A DNA stretch of 64,000 nt from Octopus sinensis. Its lineage: Eukaryota. The stretch is taken from contig NC_043014.1 in NCBI RefSeq assembly GCF_006345805.1, positions 11,780,001 to 11,844,000 of the forward strand, in the 5' to 3' direction. Of this stretch, positions 36,650 through 49,990 are shown one piece after another (within the stretch, counting starts at the first letter, position 1; each line of letters begins with the position of its first letter). The notes beneath the pieces are model-generated. The model saw only the letters and a list, made by a program, of their open reading frames with translations. It did no database searches and had not been told where the DNA came from. The position numbers and the translations under genes are program-made.

Positions 36650-37015
36650 ATTATATACACACTCATATTTATATTATATATTCTTTTATTCTTTTACTTG
36701 TTTCAGTCACTTGACTGTGGCACATGCTGGAGCACCGCCTTTAGTCGAGCAAATCGACCCCAGGACTTATTCTTTGTAAGCCTAGTACTTATTCTATCGG
36801 TTTCTTTTGTCGAACCGTTAAGTTACGGGGACGCAAACACACCATGATCGGTTGTCAAGTGATGGTGTGGCGGATAAACACAGACACACAAATACATATA
36901 TATAGAAACGGCTAATTAGTATTATGAGTTCTCGACCCCGAAAGACAAAATTGAAAAAAACATACGCATGTACACATAGGTGCAGGCGTGGCTGTGTGGT
37001 AAGAAGCTTGCTTCC

Positions 37016-38730
37016 TGTATAGCGTTTTGTTTAGTTCGACTGCGGTCTTTGCAAATAACACACGTGTTTTTTTGGTTGTCTTGGCGGTGCGACGTTTTTC
37101 CTCTTGTTTAATGGAGAGGCGTCGGAAGAGGACCTGTGAAGGCCTGAATTGTTCAGAATTTGCAAACTGCCCTTCTTCGAACTTTGTGTCGTCTGAGGAG
37201 GAGATTGTGGAGTGTTTAAAAAGAAGAGAAGAGAAAATGGAGGCAAAAAGTTACGCCGCAGCGGCAGAGGAAAAGAGTGAAGACGTGAGTCTAGAGGATT
37301 TGAGTAAATTTAAAAACATGCTTAAAAGGGAGGGGAACCAAGTGAAAGTGTTCCCCTCCTCCAAAGAAGTTTTAAAGGAGAAAAGAGAAAAAACATAATT
37401 TACAGGGCGTACTCTGAAGCAGCAAAGAGAATTGAAGTTATGTCGACGGTGCAAGTCGAAAAGGTACTTAGACCAATCTGGTAAGGGATTTCCTACATTG
37501 CCAGAGGAAAAAAGTTTGTAACGGTAGAGGTGCAGTTCCGGGAGGTAGCTACCACCAGGCTGCACTCAGCAACACCGCTGAGAACTGATGAAGTGATTCT
37601 TTTACCCGTATACCTTGGGAGACGCGCTTCTAGGATTAGGGTGGAGGAAATACCACGAGAAATGGATGCAGCCTGGCTGGTGACTGCCATACTGTTAAGC
37701 TTGGAGGAGAAGCTGGTGGTCCTGCAGGCCACCAAAACACCCCACTGGAACTGGCAAGGACAGAGCATTGATAAGGTGGTACAATTTGCAGAGGAAGATA
37801 TTGAAAAGATGGTCGAGACCATCACGGTCGGATGTGCAAAATTGAAGGTCAGAGTGGAATGGAGGATTCCGTGGTGCTATAAATGTGGCCTAAAAGCCCA
37901 CATTAGAGCAGATTGTCCTCCACCACTTGAGAAGGCTAAGGAGAGACAAGAGAATGAGAAAGTGACTGGTGCTCCACTACTCGCGAAGGTTGAGGAAAAG
38001 GAGAGTGAAGCGGCACCACAGATAAAGACCAGTACCAGCGTCGAAACAGAGATGGACAACGAATGGGAAACAGCTGGGGAAAAGATAAGAGGGGAAAAAA
38101 GGCACATACTGTAAAGGAGGATCCCCGTCCCACACTCACCCAGCTCCCACTCTACCCCAACCACTCCCTACAGATACTACCCTACCTGACATAAACACAA
38201 GCACACAGGAGCCTCAAATTTTCACACCCTTGTCCTTAGAAAAATATTTCATAATGTTCAGCCGAGACAATGAAGAAGTGTATAACGAAATAGACTCGTG
38301 GGACAGAATCATAAAAGTAGACGTATCAGAAGTAAAAGGGATGCCTTAGTACCTTCGTTGTGTCGTGGCAGACCCAGCATACATATCTAGATTAAAGGAC
38401 TTTGAGGAAAACCATAACTATGAGTGCTGGGTCAAGAAATTGGACACCAGCTCAATGACTAAAAAAGTGTTTATGATATTTTAATGAAACACAATGTAAA
38501 TATCGTTCGGAGGAATGATAACTAGCTGTGGCTAATATTTGTGTTATAAACTAGTGTTTAAAAATAATATTATATTAACAGGTTCAATGAAGTCGCTCGG
38601 AGGTGGGGCCGAACAGCCTCATTTCATCTTTCATTATATTAATTCATTCTTTCAATTCGTTTTGTTTTTTTGTCCCCACTTTGTGTTGTCCCCTGCTATG
38701 TAAGGCCTTCATGGCCAATTTCATGAAATA
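37016..38730 (+). mobile_element. ORF1-only (half-LINE) non-LTR element with a CCHC zinc knuckle
   Basis: 15-bp TSD aagaagcttgcttcc (37001-15 and 38731-45). Disrupted gag-like ORF with SYAAAA and CYKCGLKAHIRADC (37875-37916). No RT or EN found. 3' end ...gaaataaa. Confidence 0.8.
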
Positions 38731-39286
38731 AAGAAGCTTGCTTCCCAGCCACATGGTTCAGAGTTCAGTCCCACTACGTGGCACCTTGGAGAAGTGTCTT
38801 CTACTATAGCCTCGGGCCGACCAAAGCCTTGTAAGTGGATTTGGTAGACGGAAACTGAAAGAAGCCCGTCGTATATATGCATATGTGTGTGTGTGTGTGT
38901 GTGTGTGTCTTCGTGTCTGTGTTTGTCCCACCACCACCGATTGACGACCGGTGTTGGTGTGTTTACGTTCCCTTAACTCAGTGGTTCGGCAAAATTGACC
39001 GATAGAATAAGTACTAGGCTTTAAAAAATATAAATGCTGGGGTCGATTTGTTCGACTAAAACCCTTTAAGGTGGTGCCCCAGCATGGCCGCAGTCAAATG
39101 ATTGAAACAAGTAAAAGGTAAAAGTTTAGGAGTGGCTGTGTGGTAAGTGCTTGCTTACCAACCACATGGTTCCGGGTTCAGTCCCACGGCGTAACACCTT
39201 GGACAAGTGTCTTCTACTATAGCGTCGGGCCGACCAAAGCCTTGTGAGTGGATTTGGTAGTCGGAAACTGAAAGAAGCCCGTCGTA

Positions 39287-39331
<45 letters not shown>

Positions 39332-39581
39332 GTGTGTGTGTGTGTATGCTTATGTATTTGCCCCCCCTCCCAACATCGCTTGACAACCGATACTGGTGTG
39401 TTTACGTTCCCGTAACTTACCGGTTCCGCAAAAGACACCGATAGAATAAGTACTAGGCTTACAAAGAATAAGTCCTGGGGTCGATTTGCTTGACTAAAGG
39501 CGGTGCTCCAGCATGGCCGCAGTCAAATGACTGAAACAAGTAAAAGAGTAAATACCCACCCAAATATACGCACATTCACAT

Positions 39582-39612
<31 letters not shown>

Positions 39613-40341
39613 CACACACACATAGATAGATACAGTGAGAGAGAGAGACGGACACAAAATGTCTCAAGTACAATATTTGAATATTTGAAGCATTTTTATG
39701 TGAGAAAAGGTGAGAAAAAAAAGGTAAGAACGATAACAGATGTTCAGAAAAAATAGAAACGAGAAGACATCATTGTAGCGAATTCCTAAAATTTCTGTCA
39801 TCATTATCTATTATGATAAGAAAAGAAGTGTGGAGGAAGCGATCATCACTTTGGAATGTCAGATTGTTCAGAATGATAGAATAGAATGCTGTTTTCAACT
39901 TCCCACTCATCGTCTTTTTAGTATGTTTTTATATTACTTTCGTTTTAGCACTTGCTTCTTCGAGCCGACGATGGAATGTTTTACTGAATCACTTGTCCGT
40001 CATGCTGAAAATATCACCAAAGTTGAATAAGAATTCGTACGCTCTTTGTGCTTTTATTTATTTTTGTAAAGGTATCGAGTCGGGACGTAGGAGTGGGTGT
40101 GTGGTAAGTAGGTTACTTACGAAGCACATGGTTCTGGGTTCAGTCCCACTGCGTGGCACCTTGGGCAAGTGTCTTCTACTTTAGCCTCGGCCGACCAAAG
40201 CTTTGTGAGTGGATTTGGTAGACGGAAACTGAAAGAAGCCCATCGTGTGTGTATATATATATATAGATGTATATATATATACTATAGTATATATATTAAT
40301 ATATATATATATATATAGATATATAGATATACTATTATATA

Positions 40342-40422
<81 letters not shown>

Positions 40423-42743
40423 TAAGGTGCATGGCTCAGTGTTAGAGCGTCGAGCTCACGATCGTGAGGTGAGCTCGAATCCCGGACCGGGCTGCGTGTT
40501 GTGTTCTTGAGCAAGGCACTTTATTTCACGTTGCTCCAGTTCACTCAGCTGTAGAAATGAGTTGCGACGTCACAGGTGCCAAGCTGTATCGACCTTTGTC
40601 TTTCCCTTGGATAACACTGGTGGTGGGGAGAGGGGAGGCTGGTATGCATGGGCGACTGCTGGTCTTCCATAAACAACCTTGCCCAGACTTGTGTCTCGGA
40701 GGGTAACTTTCTAGGTGCAATCCCATGGTCATTCATGACCGAAGGGGGTCTTTACCCTTATATATATATGTATGTGTGTGTGTTTGTGTGTCTGTGTTTG
40801 TCCCCCCAACATCGCTTGACAACCGATGCTGGTGTGTTTATGTTCCCGTAACTTAGCGTCCGATAGAATAAGTACTAGGCTTACAAAGAATAAGTCCTGG
40901 GGACGATTTGCTCGACTATAGGCGGTGCTCCAGCATGGCCACATTAAAATGACTGAAACAAGTAAAAGAGTAAAGAGTAATGCAAAACATTTTTAATGAT
41001 ATAACCACCAAACAGAGCGGCGAGCTGGCCGAATCGTTAGCACACCGGGCGAAATGCTTAGCGGTATTTCGTCTGCCGTTACTTTCTGAGTTCAAATTCC
41101 GCTGAGGTCAATTTTGCCTTTCATCCTTTCGGGGTCGATTAAATAAGTACCAGTTACGCACTGGGGTCGATATAATCGACTTAATCCGTTTGTCTGTCCT
41201 TGTTTGTCCCCTTTTTATGTAGCCTCTTGTGGGCAGTAAAGAAACAGGTATTTCGTCTGCCTCTACGTTCTGAGTTCAAATTCCACCGAGGTCGACTTTG
41301 CCTATCATCCTTTTGGGGTCGATTAAATAAGAGCCAGTTACGCACTGGGGTCGCTATAATCGACTTAATCCGTTTAGACAGACAGAATGATAGATAGATA
41401 GATAGATATAATGAGCCTCACGTGCTTTAATAGCGCTGCTAGGTTTTTATTTTTACATTTTTCTCGAGCCCTAAGCTCCCTAAAGCCGGTCACTCGGTTT
41501 CCATGGTGTATAAGCAACCAAGATCACACCATTCCTCTGAAGAGGTTGCCGGTGATGAAAAGCAAAGCTGACCTCAGTGAACTCAGAGCATAAAACGCTG
41601 AAAGAAATGTCACTTAGTATTTCGTCCAATGAGCCAACAATTCTACCAGCTTGCCGCCTGATATGGAATGTTACACACATTTGAGATTACCCTGGCTGCC
41701 ATGAAACTTTGCTCTGATACATTCACAGGAACTGAACGGTGATACTATTTCGCTTTAAAACTTCCATTAAAAATCTTATAATTTTGAGTCTCTATGAAAT
41801 AATTCTTTCTACAACGGGAACAAGATCTGAAATTTTTAGTGGAGAAGTGACTAATCAATTATATCGATTTCAGAACTTGACTGGTATTTTATTTTATCGA
41901 CTCCAAATGATGAAAAGACAAAGTTGATCTCGGCAGGATTTGAACTCAGAACGCAAAGACGCAGCAGAAATGCCGCTAAGCATTTTTTCCGACGTACTAA
42001 CTACTTCAGCTAGCTCGCAACTTATGCTTTGTTTGTTTGTTGAGCGAAGCGGTCTTCGTCCCAGAGCTCGCAAGATCGCGCCTCTGTAGTGAGAGAAGTC
42101 CGAAACATTGTCCTTTGCTATACGTAAGACCCGCAGAAGAGAAAGCAGGTCAACCCCCGACACCGAGAGCATCGACGGATGGATGAATGCGCATCCAGGC
42201 TCAGCGGTTGCGTAGGAAGTCGGAGACAAGAAACAGGGAGAAAGAGTGAGAAAAAGTTGGGGCGAAAGAGTACAACAGGGGTCGCCACCACCCCCTGCCG
42301 GAGCCTCGCGGAGCTTTACGTGTTTTCCTTCAATAAACACACACAACGCCCGGTCTGGGAATCGAAACCGCGATCCTCCGACCGCGAGTCCGCTGCCCCA
42401 ACCACTGGGTCATTGCGCCTCCTGCAACTTATGCTCCGTTGGTTACAGAACTAAGATACTGAAGAAATGAAACTATGACGTCATAAAAGCTAGTATGTAA
42501 GAGGTAACAGAGTAAAATGCCAATTCAATGCTATACCACTTGAAAATCCGCATATTTGAGTGAGTAACACAGAAGGAACTGCAGATTAACCAAAGAAACA
42601 ACCAATAAATACGTGCGTTGAAAGTCCTGTTCCATTCGAAATCAAAGCTCATGTTTTCATTCCAGCATTCTAGGATAAAGAAGGCGATTCGTATATGTGA
42701 AAAATCATCTCTCTATTTATTTATCTGTTAAACTGTGTAAACA

Positions 42744-42818
<75 letters not shown>

Positions 42819-42827
42819 GTCTATCTA

Positions 42828-42908
<81 letters not shown>

Positions 42909-42949
42909 ATCTATCTGTCTATCTATCTGTCTGTCTGTCTGTATATACG

Positions 42950-43006
<57 letters not shown>

Positions 43007-43069
43007 GTCTGTCTGTCTGTCTGTCTGTCTCTGTCTGTATATACGTATCTATCATCTATCTGTCTTCTG

Positions 43070-43124
<55 letters not shown>

Positions 43125-43149
43125 GTCTGTCTATCTATCTATCTGTCTG

Positions 43150-43202
<53 letters not shown>

Positions 43203-43245
43203 TTATCTATCTGTCTATCTATCTGTCTGTCTGTCTGTATATACG

Positions 43246-43304
<59 letters not shown>

Positions 43305-43380
43305 TATCTATCTATCTGTCTGTCTGTCGTCTGTCTCTGTCTGTATATACGTATCTATCATCTATCTGTCTTTCTGTCTG

Positions 43381-43451
<71 letters not shown>

Positions 43452-43476
43452 GTCTGTCTATCTATCTATCTGTCTG

Positions 43477-43535
<59 letters not shown>

Positions 43536-43630
43536 ACTGCTTGTCTATTTATCAGTCTACCTGCCTGTCTATGTATATATTCATGTATTTATTTATGTCT
43601 ATCTGTATGTCTATCTGTCTGTTTGTCTAG
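42744..43630. repeat. (TCTA)/(TCTG) microsatellite with higher-order repeats
   Basis: Explains the 313-aa SIYL ORF. The block gtatatacgtatct recurs four times. Confidence 0.95.
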
Positions 43631-43889
43631 CTAGCTAGCTACTTGTCTGTCTGTAACGAAAGAAGCGAAAAATATGTTCACGACCGATAAATATCTAATA
43701 GCAATCCAATAAACAAGGCGGTGGGCAGACAGTTAATGTTAGTACATCGGACAGAATTCTCAGTGCTATTTCTTTCGGCTTTATACTTTGTCTGTTCAAA
43801 TGCCACCGTGACCAACTTTGCCTTTCACCCCTCCGGGGGTCGATAAAGTAAAGTTCGAATCAAGTACTGAGATTTATGTAATACATTTG

Positions 43890-44400
43890 GGCGGAGGTAA
43901 AGAATACGCACGCCACCCGTTTTCGGCGTAATCTAAACCTGAACTTAAACGCCGAAAACGGGTGCTCTTTTACTGTTTCACTTGTTTCAGCCATTTGACT
44001 GTCGCCATGCTGGAGCACCGCCTTTAGTCGAGCAAATCGACCCCAGGACTTATTCTTTGTAAGCCCAGTACTTATTCTATCGGTCTCTTTTGCCGAACCG
44101 CTAAGTTACGGGGGCGTAAACACACCAGCATCGGCTGTCAAGCGATGTTGGGAGGACAAACACAGACACACAAACATATACACACACACATATATATACA
44201 TATATACGACGGGATTCTTTCAGTTTCCGTCTACTAAATCCACTCACAAGGCTTTGGTCTGCCCGAGGCTATAGTAGAAGACACTTGCCCAAGGTGTCAC
44301 GCAGTGGGACTGAACCCGGAACCATGCTGTTCGTAAGCAAGCTACTTACCACACAGCCACTCCTACGCATACGTGATGTACGTATTCTTTACTTTCGCCA
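43890..44400. mobile_element. Small palindromic MITE interrupted by a family-B SINE
   Basis: Outer IR ggcggaggtaaagaatacg / cgtattcttttactttcgcc. Inner 16-bp perfect IR cacccgttttcggcgt / acgccgaaaacgggtg. Confidence 0.6.
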
Positions 44401-44502
44401 TTCATTTGTCCCGTCCCCCAAAAAATTACTGGTCTTTAACCCTGAAACGGGCCAGCGTTCCTTTCAGGAGGAACGTTATGATCTCGGTTACGTATATGCC
44501 GC

Positions 44503-44587
44503 GGAAACCGGGTAACTCGGTAACCGCATAACTGGGTAACCGGGTAACCGAGTAACCGCGTAACTGAGTAATCGGGTAACTGGGTAA
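44503..44587. repeat. 8-bp minisatellite (GGGTAACY)n inside a SINE tail
   Basis: Expands the gaaaccggg repeat seen in family-C SINE tails. Confidence 0.8.
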
Positions 44588-45566
44588 CTGGGTAACCGGG
44601 TAACTCGCCTTATGAGATTTAGGGCTAGAAAAGAAAAAGAATGATCGTGTAAAATACCGCTTTCAAGCAAAGCTTTTGCTCTCGCTGTGAAGGCGCGTGG
44701 TTTAGTGGTTAGGATATATCGGCCCACAATCGTAAGGTCGTGAGTTCGATTCCCAGCGGCGCATCGTGTCCTTGAGCAATACACTTTATCTCATGTTGCT
44801 CCAGTACACTCACCTGGCAAAACTGAACTGTACCTGTAATTCAAAGGCCCGGGCTTGTTACATTCTGTTATTTCTTTATTGTCCACAAGGGGCTAAACAT
44901 AGAGGGGACAAACAAGGACAGACAAACGGATTAAGTCGATTACATCGACCCCAATGCCAGTTTTGCTCTCCCTATTCACTCTTTTTTTTTTATTTTAGGC
45001 TATCAAATGAAATAAGGAAGTAATTCCAGTTTAATTTATTGTATGAGTTTAAAATGGAACGCAAAATAAAAAAAGAAAACTGCTCGCAATGTCGTCCCAC
45101 GGGCAGCCTGCAACTTTTTCTATCGAAAAGGGTTTGTAAACCCACTATATACATGATATTATTTATAGCTTTGGAGGTGCAATGGCCCAGAAGTTAGGGC
45201 AGCAGACTCACGGTCGGAGGATCACGGTTTCGATTCCCAGACCGGACGTTGTGTGTGTTTATTGAGCGACTCCCGTCGTTGAACAGGGTTCGGCAATTTC
45301 TTGCCGAACAACCACACACACACGACGGGCCTCTTTCGGTTTCCATCTACCGAATCCACTCACTAGGCTCTGGTTGGCCCGAGGCTATAGTAGAAAATAC
45401 TTCCCCAAGGTTCCACGCAATGAGACTGAACCCGGAATCTTGTGGTTAAGCAGCAAACTTCTAACCACAGAGCCACGCCTGCGTCTATGTATGTAAAGTA
45501 ACGATTTTTAAAATTATCCCAAGGCCACACATTTCTGAGATGAGTGATTATAGTTGATTACATCAA

Positions 45567-45976
45567 GGATCTTTTCGGTTTGAACGGCAGTTTTTAAAAT
45601 AATATCTACGTAACTAAACACTTTTAAACTTCGTATACTGGTAGAATGTGTTTATAAAACATCTTTTTCTCTTGGCTTTATTGAGAAAATTCTATAGTTT
45701 GTAAAATATTTGTTGTTTTTTTTCTTCAATTTCTGTAATTTCAACCAATCAATGACGTCTATTGAGGTGAAAACATTCTGTGCCGTATGAATATGTCCCT
45801 CGTTTAAGAAACAGATTGGGTTTATTTACATTTGTGAAGAAAAAAAGATACCCTTCCCCCCACCCATAACCCTAAAACAGATTGAAATGCAATAGATCGA
45901 TTCTAGGGTCATAATTATGGGTGACAATTTCATATGACACCGCTAGAAAAAGCTGCCGTTCAAACCGAAAAGATCC
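45567..45976. mobile_element. GGATC-ended TIR element (second copy)
   Basis: TIR ggatcttttcggtttgaacggcag / ctgccgttcaaaccgaaaagatcc. TSD tacatcaa/aacatcaa. Confidence 0.88.
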
Positions 45977-47289
45977 AACATCAACCCCAATAGTTGATTG
46001 GTGTTACATTTTATCGACTTTACAAGGAGAAAATTCCGAAAGTCAAGCTCGTTGGGATTTGAACTCAGAACATAAAGAACCGATTTTTAACATTAGCACA
46101 TGGCCACACATTTCGGAGGGGAGGAGATGTAGACGATTATATCAATTATAGCTGATTAATGCGGCGAGCTGGCAGAAACGTTAGCGCGCCGGACGAAATG
46201 CTTTGCGGTATTACGTCTGCCGTTACCTTCTGAGTTCAAATTCCGCCGAGGTTGACTTTGCCTTTCATCCTTTCGGGGTCGATAAATAAAGTACCAGTTT
46301 CGCACTGGGTCGATGTAATCGACTTAATCCGTCTGTCTATGTTTAGCCCCTTGTGGGTAGTAAAGAAATATATATCAATTATAGCTGATTGGCGCTACAT
46401 TTTGTGAAGACGCATGGCTTAGTGGTTAGAGCGTAGAGCTTACGATCGTGAGGTTGTGAGTTCGATTCTCGGACCGGGTTGTGTGTTGTGTTCTTAAGCA
46501 AGACACTTTATTTCACGTTGCTCCAATTCACTCAGCGTTAGAAATGAGTTGCGACATCACTGGTGCCAGGTTGCATCGGCCTTTGCCTTTCGCTTGGATA
46601 ACATCAGTGGTGTGCAGAGGGGAGGCCGGTATGCATGGACGACAGCTGGTCTTTCATAAACAACCTTGCCCGGACTTGTGCCTCGCAGAGTAACTTTCTA
46701 GGTGCAATCCCATGGTCATTCATGACCGAAGGGGGTCTCCTCCTAGGTGCTACATTTTGTCGACCCCACAAGAATGAAATTGCGAAAGTCAGACTCATTG
46801 GGATTTGAACTCAAAACATAAAGAACCGATTTTTAACATTAGCACATGACCACACATTTCGGAAGGAGCGGGGGGATAAGACGATTTGTGTTACATTTTA
46901 TCGACCCCAGAAGAAAGAAATTACGAAAATCAAGCTTAGTAGTATTTGAACTCGGAGCGTAAAATGACGTAAATGAATAAATCAAAGCTGCTTGGCATTT
47001 TTATCATTCCTGCCACCCAACCTGCATAAATATAAATATACAAATACCCCTCATGGCATAACATCGTTTGCACCCGATTAGATGACTAAGTTGATGAGTA
47101 CGATGTAACATTTATATTACGTAGTTATTATTTTGTTTACTTAACACAGTATGGCTTCCAAATAAATGATACGGCGTATAAACCGCATGTTGGTCTACGT
47201 TGCTCTAAATAGTCTGACTATGTATTTGGCTCAGGCATGGTTGTGTGGTTAAGCAGCTCACTTTGTAACCCTGTGGTTCCGGGTTCAGT

Positions 47290-48053
47290 GGATCTTTTCC
47301 TTTTGAACGGCAGTTTTCAACACAATTTCTAGTTAACTAAACACTTTTAAACTTCGTTTACTGGTAGAATGTGTCAAAATAAAACATTTTTTTCTCTTGG
47401 CTTTCTTGAGAAAATTGTAATTTGTAAGTTTAACGTTGTTTAATTTTTCGAATTTTAACAAATCGATGGCCTCTATTTAGCTAAAATCATTTGCTGCGTC
47501 TAAAACTGAGACAACATCCTTTCACTGACCCTAACCCTAACCCTAACCCCAACCCTAACCCTAACCCTAACCCTAAATTTTAGCCTTTCGTTTTTTTCTT
47601 AATTGTTAAATTAATTTAATTGTTACGCGCGTGTCTAAAATTATTCGTTTTTTTTTTGTTTTGAGATACACGTGTATTGTTTAAACTATTTTCCATTGCT
47701 TAAGAAGAAAAAAAAAACGAAAGGCTAAAACGAAAGCAATGGAAAATAATTTAAACAATTAACAAACAAAATAATTCCATAATTTTATACACACGCTTTC
47801 CGAACGTAAACATAACAGTGACAGGATGTTGTCTCAGTTTTAGACGCAGCAAATGATTTTAGCTAAATAGAGGCTATTGATTGGTTAAAATTCGAAAAAT
47901 TAAATTACATTAAACTTACAAATTGCAATTTTCTCAAGAAAGCCAAGAGAAAAAAATGTTTTATTTTGACACATTCTACCAGTATACGAAGTTTAAAAGT
48001 ATTTAGTTAACTAGAAATTGTGTTGAAAACTGCCGTTCAAAAGGAAAAGATCC
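47290..48053. mobile_element. Foldback element with ~238-bp TIRs and an internal (CCCTAA)8 array
   Basis: 9-bp TSD gggttcagt, GGATC termini, telomere-type repeat at 47529-47576. Confidence 0.92.
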
Positions 48054-49546
48054 GGGTTCAGTTCCACTACGCGACACTTTGGTCAAGTGTTTTTTTACGA
48101 TAACCCTGGACTGACCAATGCCTTGTGGGTAAATTTGGCAGATGAAGATTGTGTGGAAGTCCTTCTTATTTAGGTTTGTGTGTGCCTTCGAGTGTGTCTC
48201 CGTATTTGTTCTTCATCGCCGCTTGACGACCGATGTTGGTTTGTTTACGCTTTCATAACTTAGTGGTTCGGCAAAAGACCGGTAGAATAAGTATTGACTT
48301 AAAAGAACAAACGAACTTAAGTACTGAGGTTGATTTGTTTGACAAAAACCCTTCCAGGCAGTGCTCTAACATGGCCGCAGTCCAATGACTGTGAAAAGTA
48401 AGAGGATGGTAGTCTTTAAATTAATTAATTATTCAGTCACCCTCATTCATTTCAGAAAATAGCAACAAAACAATTTTAGAAGATAACTATTTTAGTTCTA
48501 AACAAACTAAAAAAGAAAAACTAAATCAGATTTTTGAAGAATTTCGAAGTCTGAGATGATGGTATTCCCGAGAGATCATCGTGCATTTGTTGCTTATTTC
48601 AGTCATTAAACTGCGACCATGCTGGGGCACAGCCTTGAAGACTTTTAGTCGAATGAATAGACACTGGTACTTATTTTATTTTTAATCCTGGTACATATTT
48701 TTTGCCGAACCGTAAACACACCAGCACCGATTGTCAAGCGGTGGTGGGGGAAAAACACAGACACAAACACACACACACAGATGTATAAAATATGAGAGAA
48801 AGAAAATGGAATTCACGAGACTTTATTATTCACTACGATCGTTTCGACCCATCATGCACCGGAGCCCCACGAGTGAGACGCTATACAAATAGTTTGGTGC
48901 ATCATAGGTGGAGATGGGTGACTTCTTAAAAGATACCTCGCTTTTTAATCTCCGCTTCGCTTATTTCGATTGGAATACATTTTTTTTGCAGTTGTCGTTC
49001 ACTACTCGTATTCAGAGACACTTATGTCATAATGAAGAACACTTCTCGGATAAGTAATAAAGTGACTTACAAAGAATAAAAAATAAAATAAATATGAAAA
49101 TAAACAAGAGAATCAAATAATATGCTTTATAATAATAATGAAAAACGTTAAATCAAGCCATAAAACAACCATGGATAGAACGAAAAACAAAACACAAAAC
49201 ACAACCGGACATTCAAACTGAGCCTAAGCGATCTTAACGTTTTCACGAAGCAAAAATTTATATATATACCCACGCATAGACATATGCACATAAAAAGATA
49301 TTCACTTATTAGCATTTTCAGTTTACAAAGACATCTGTTGATAAGCCAGTGTTTGTGTCCACACACACATACCAGGCGTTAAATGTGCGTCGTTTACCAT
49401 TCTGATATTTTAACCACTCCTTTGATTCAGTCTTCGACGGCGTCAGTCTGATTTCATCCTGTAGATAGTTAGACTTGGTTGCTTTATAGTCACATATCAA
49501 CACAGATTCATACATACTCAAATTCGTTCACATTTATGCATATACA

Positions 49547-49661
49547 TTGGCTCTGACGAAAGTAGCATTAATTCTTTTTTAGGTCGTTCTATTTTTTCTC
49601 AGCTGATTAATTGACCAATTGAGTAAACCTATAATGCTTACTGGAAACAGCTGTAAGCCAA
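49547..49661 (+). ncRNA. Type-I hammerhead-like ribozyme motif with an extended stem II
   Basis: ttggct-CTGACGA-a-agtagcatta...taatgcttact-g-GAAA-CAGCTG-TA-agccaa. Stem I is a perfect 6 bp. Confidence 0.7.
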
Positions 49662-49950
49662 ATTTGCTCAAATAAAGGAAAAAATATGTAATAACAATTA
49701 TTTATTCCTTGTTTTATATATACATATACTCATTAACTTGTTTCAGTCATTTAACTGCAGTCATGCTGAAGCACCGCCTTCAGCCGAGCAAATCGACCCC
49801 AAGACTTATCCTTTGTAAGCCTAGTACTTATTCTATCGGTCCTTTTTTGCTGAACCGCTAAGTTACGGGGACCTAAACACACCAGCATTGGTTGTCAAGC
49901 GATGTTGGAGGGACAAACACAGACGCAGAAACACACACACACACACACAC

Positions 49951-49990
<40 letters not shown>

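Noticed and set aside
39940-40040. SSRRWNVLLNHL as a hAT transposase remnant
   Set aside because: Too short and degenerate to support.
42697-43638. Longest ORF in the track (313 aa)
   Set aside because: Pure (TCTA/TCTG)n repeat with no splice context or domain.
47529-47576. (CCCTAA)n as a telomere or chromosome fusion site
   Set aside because: Only 8 units, enclosed within a TIR element with a TSD.
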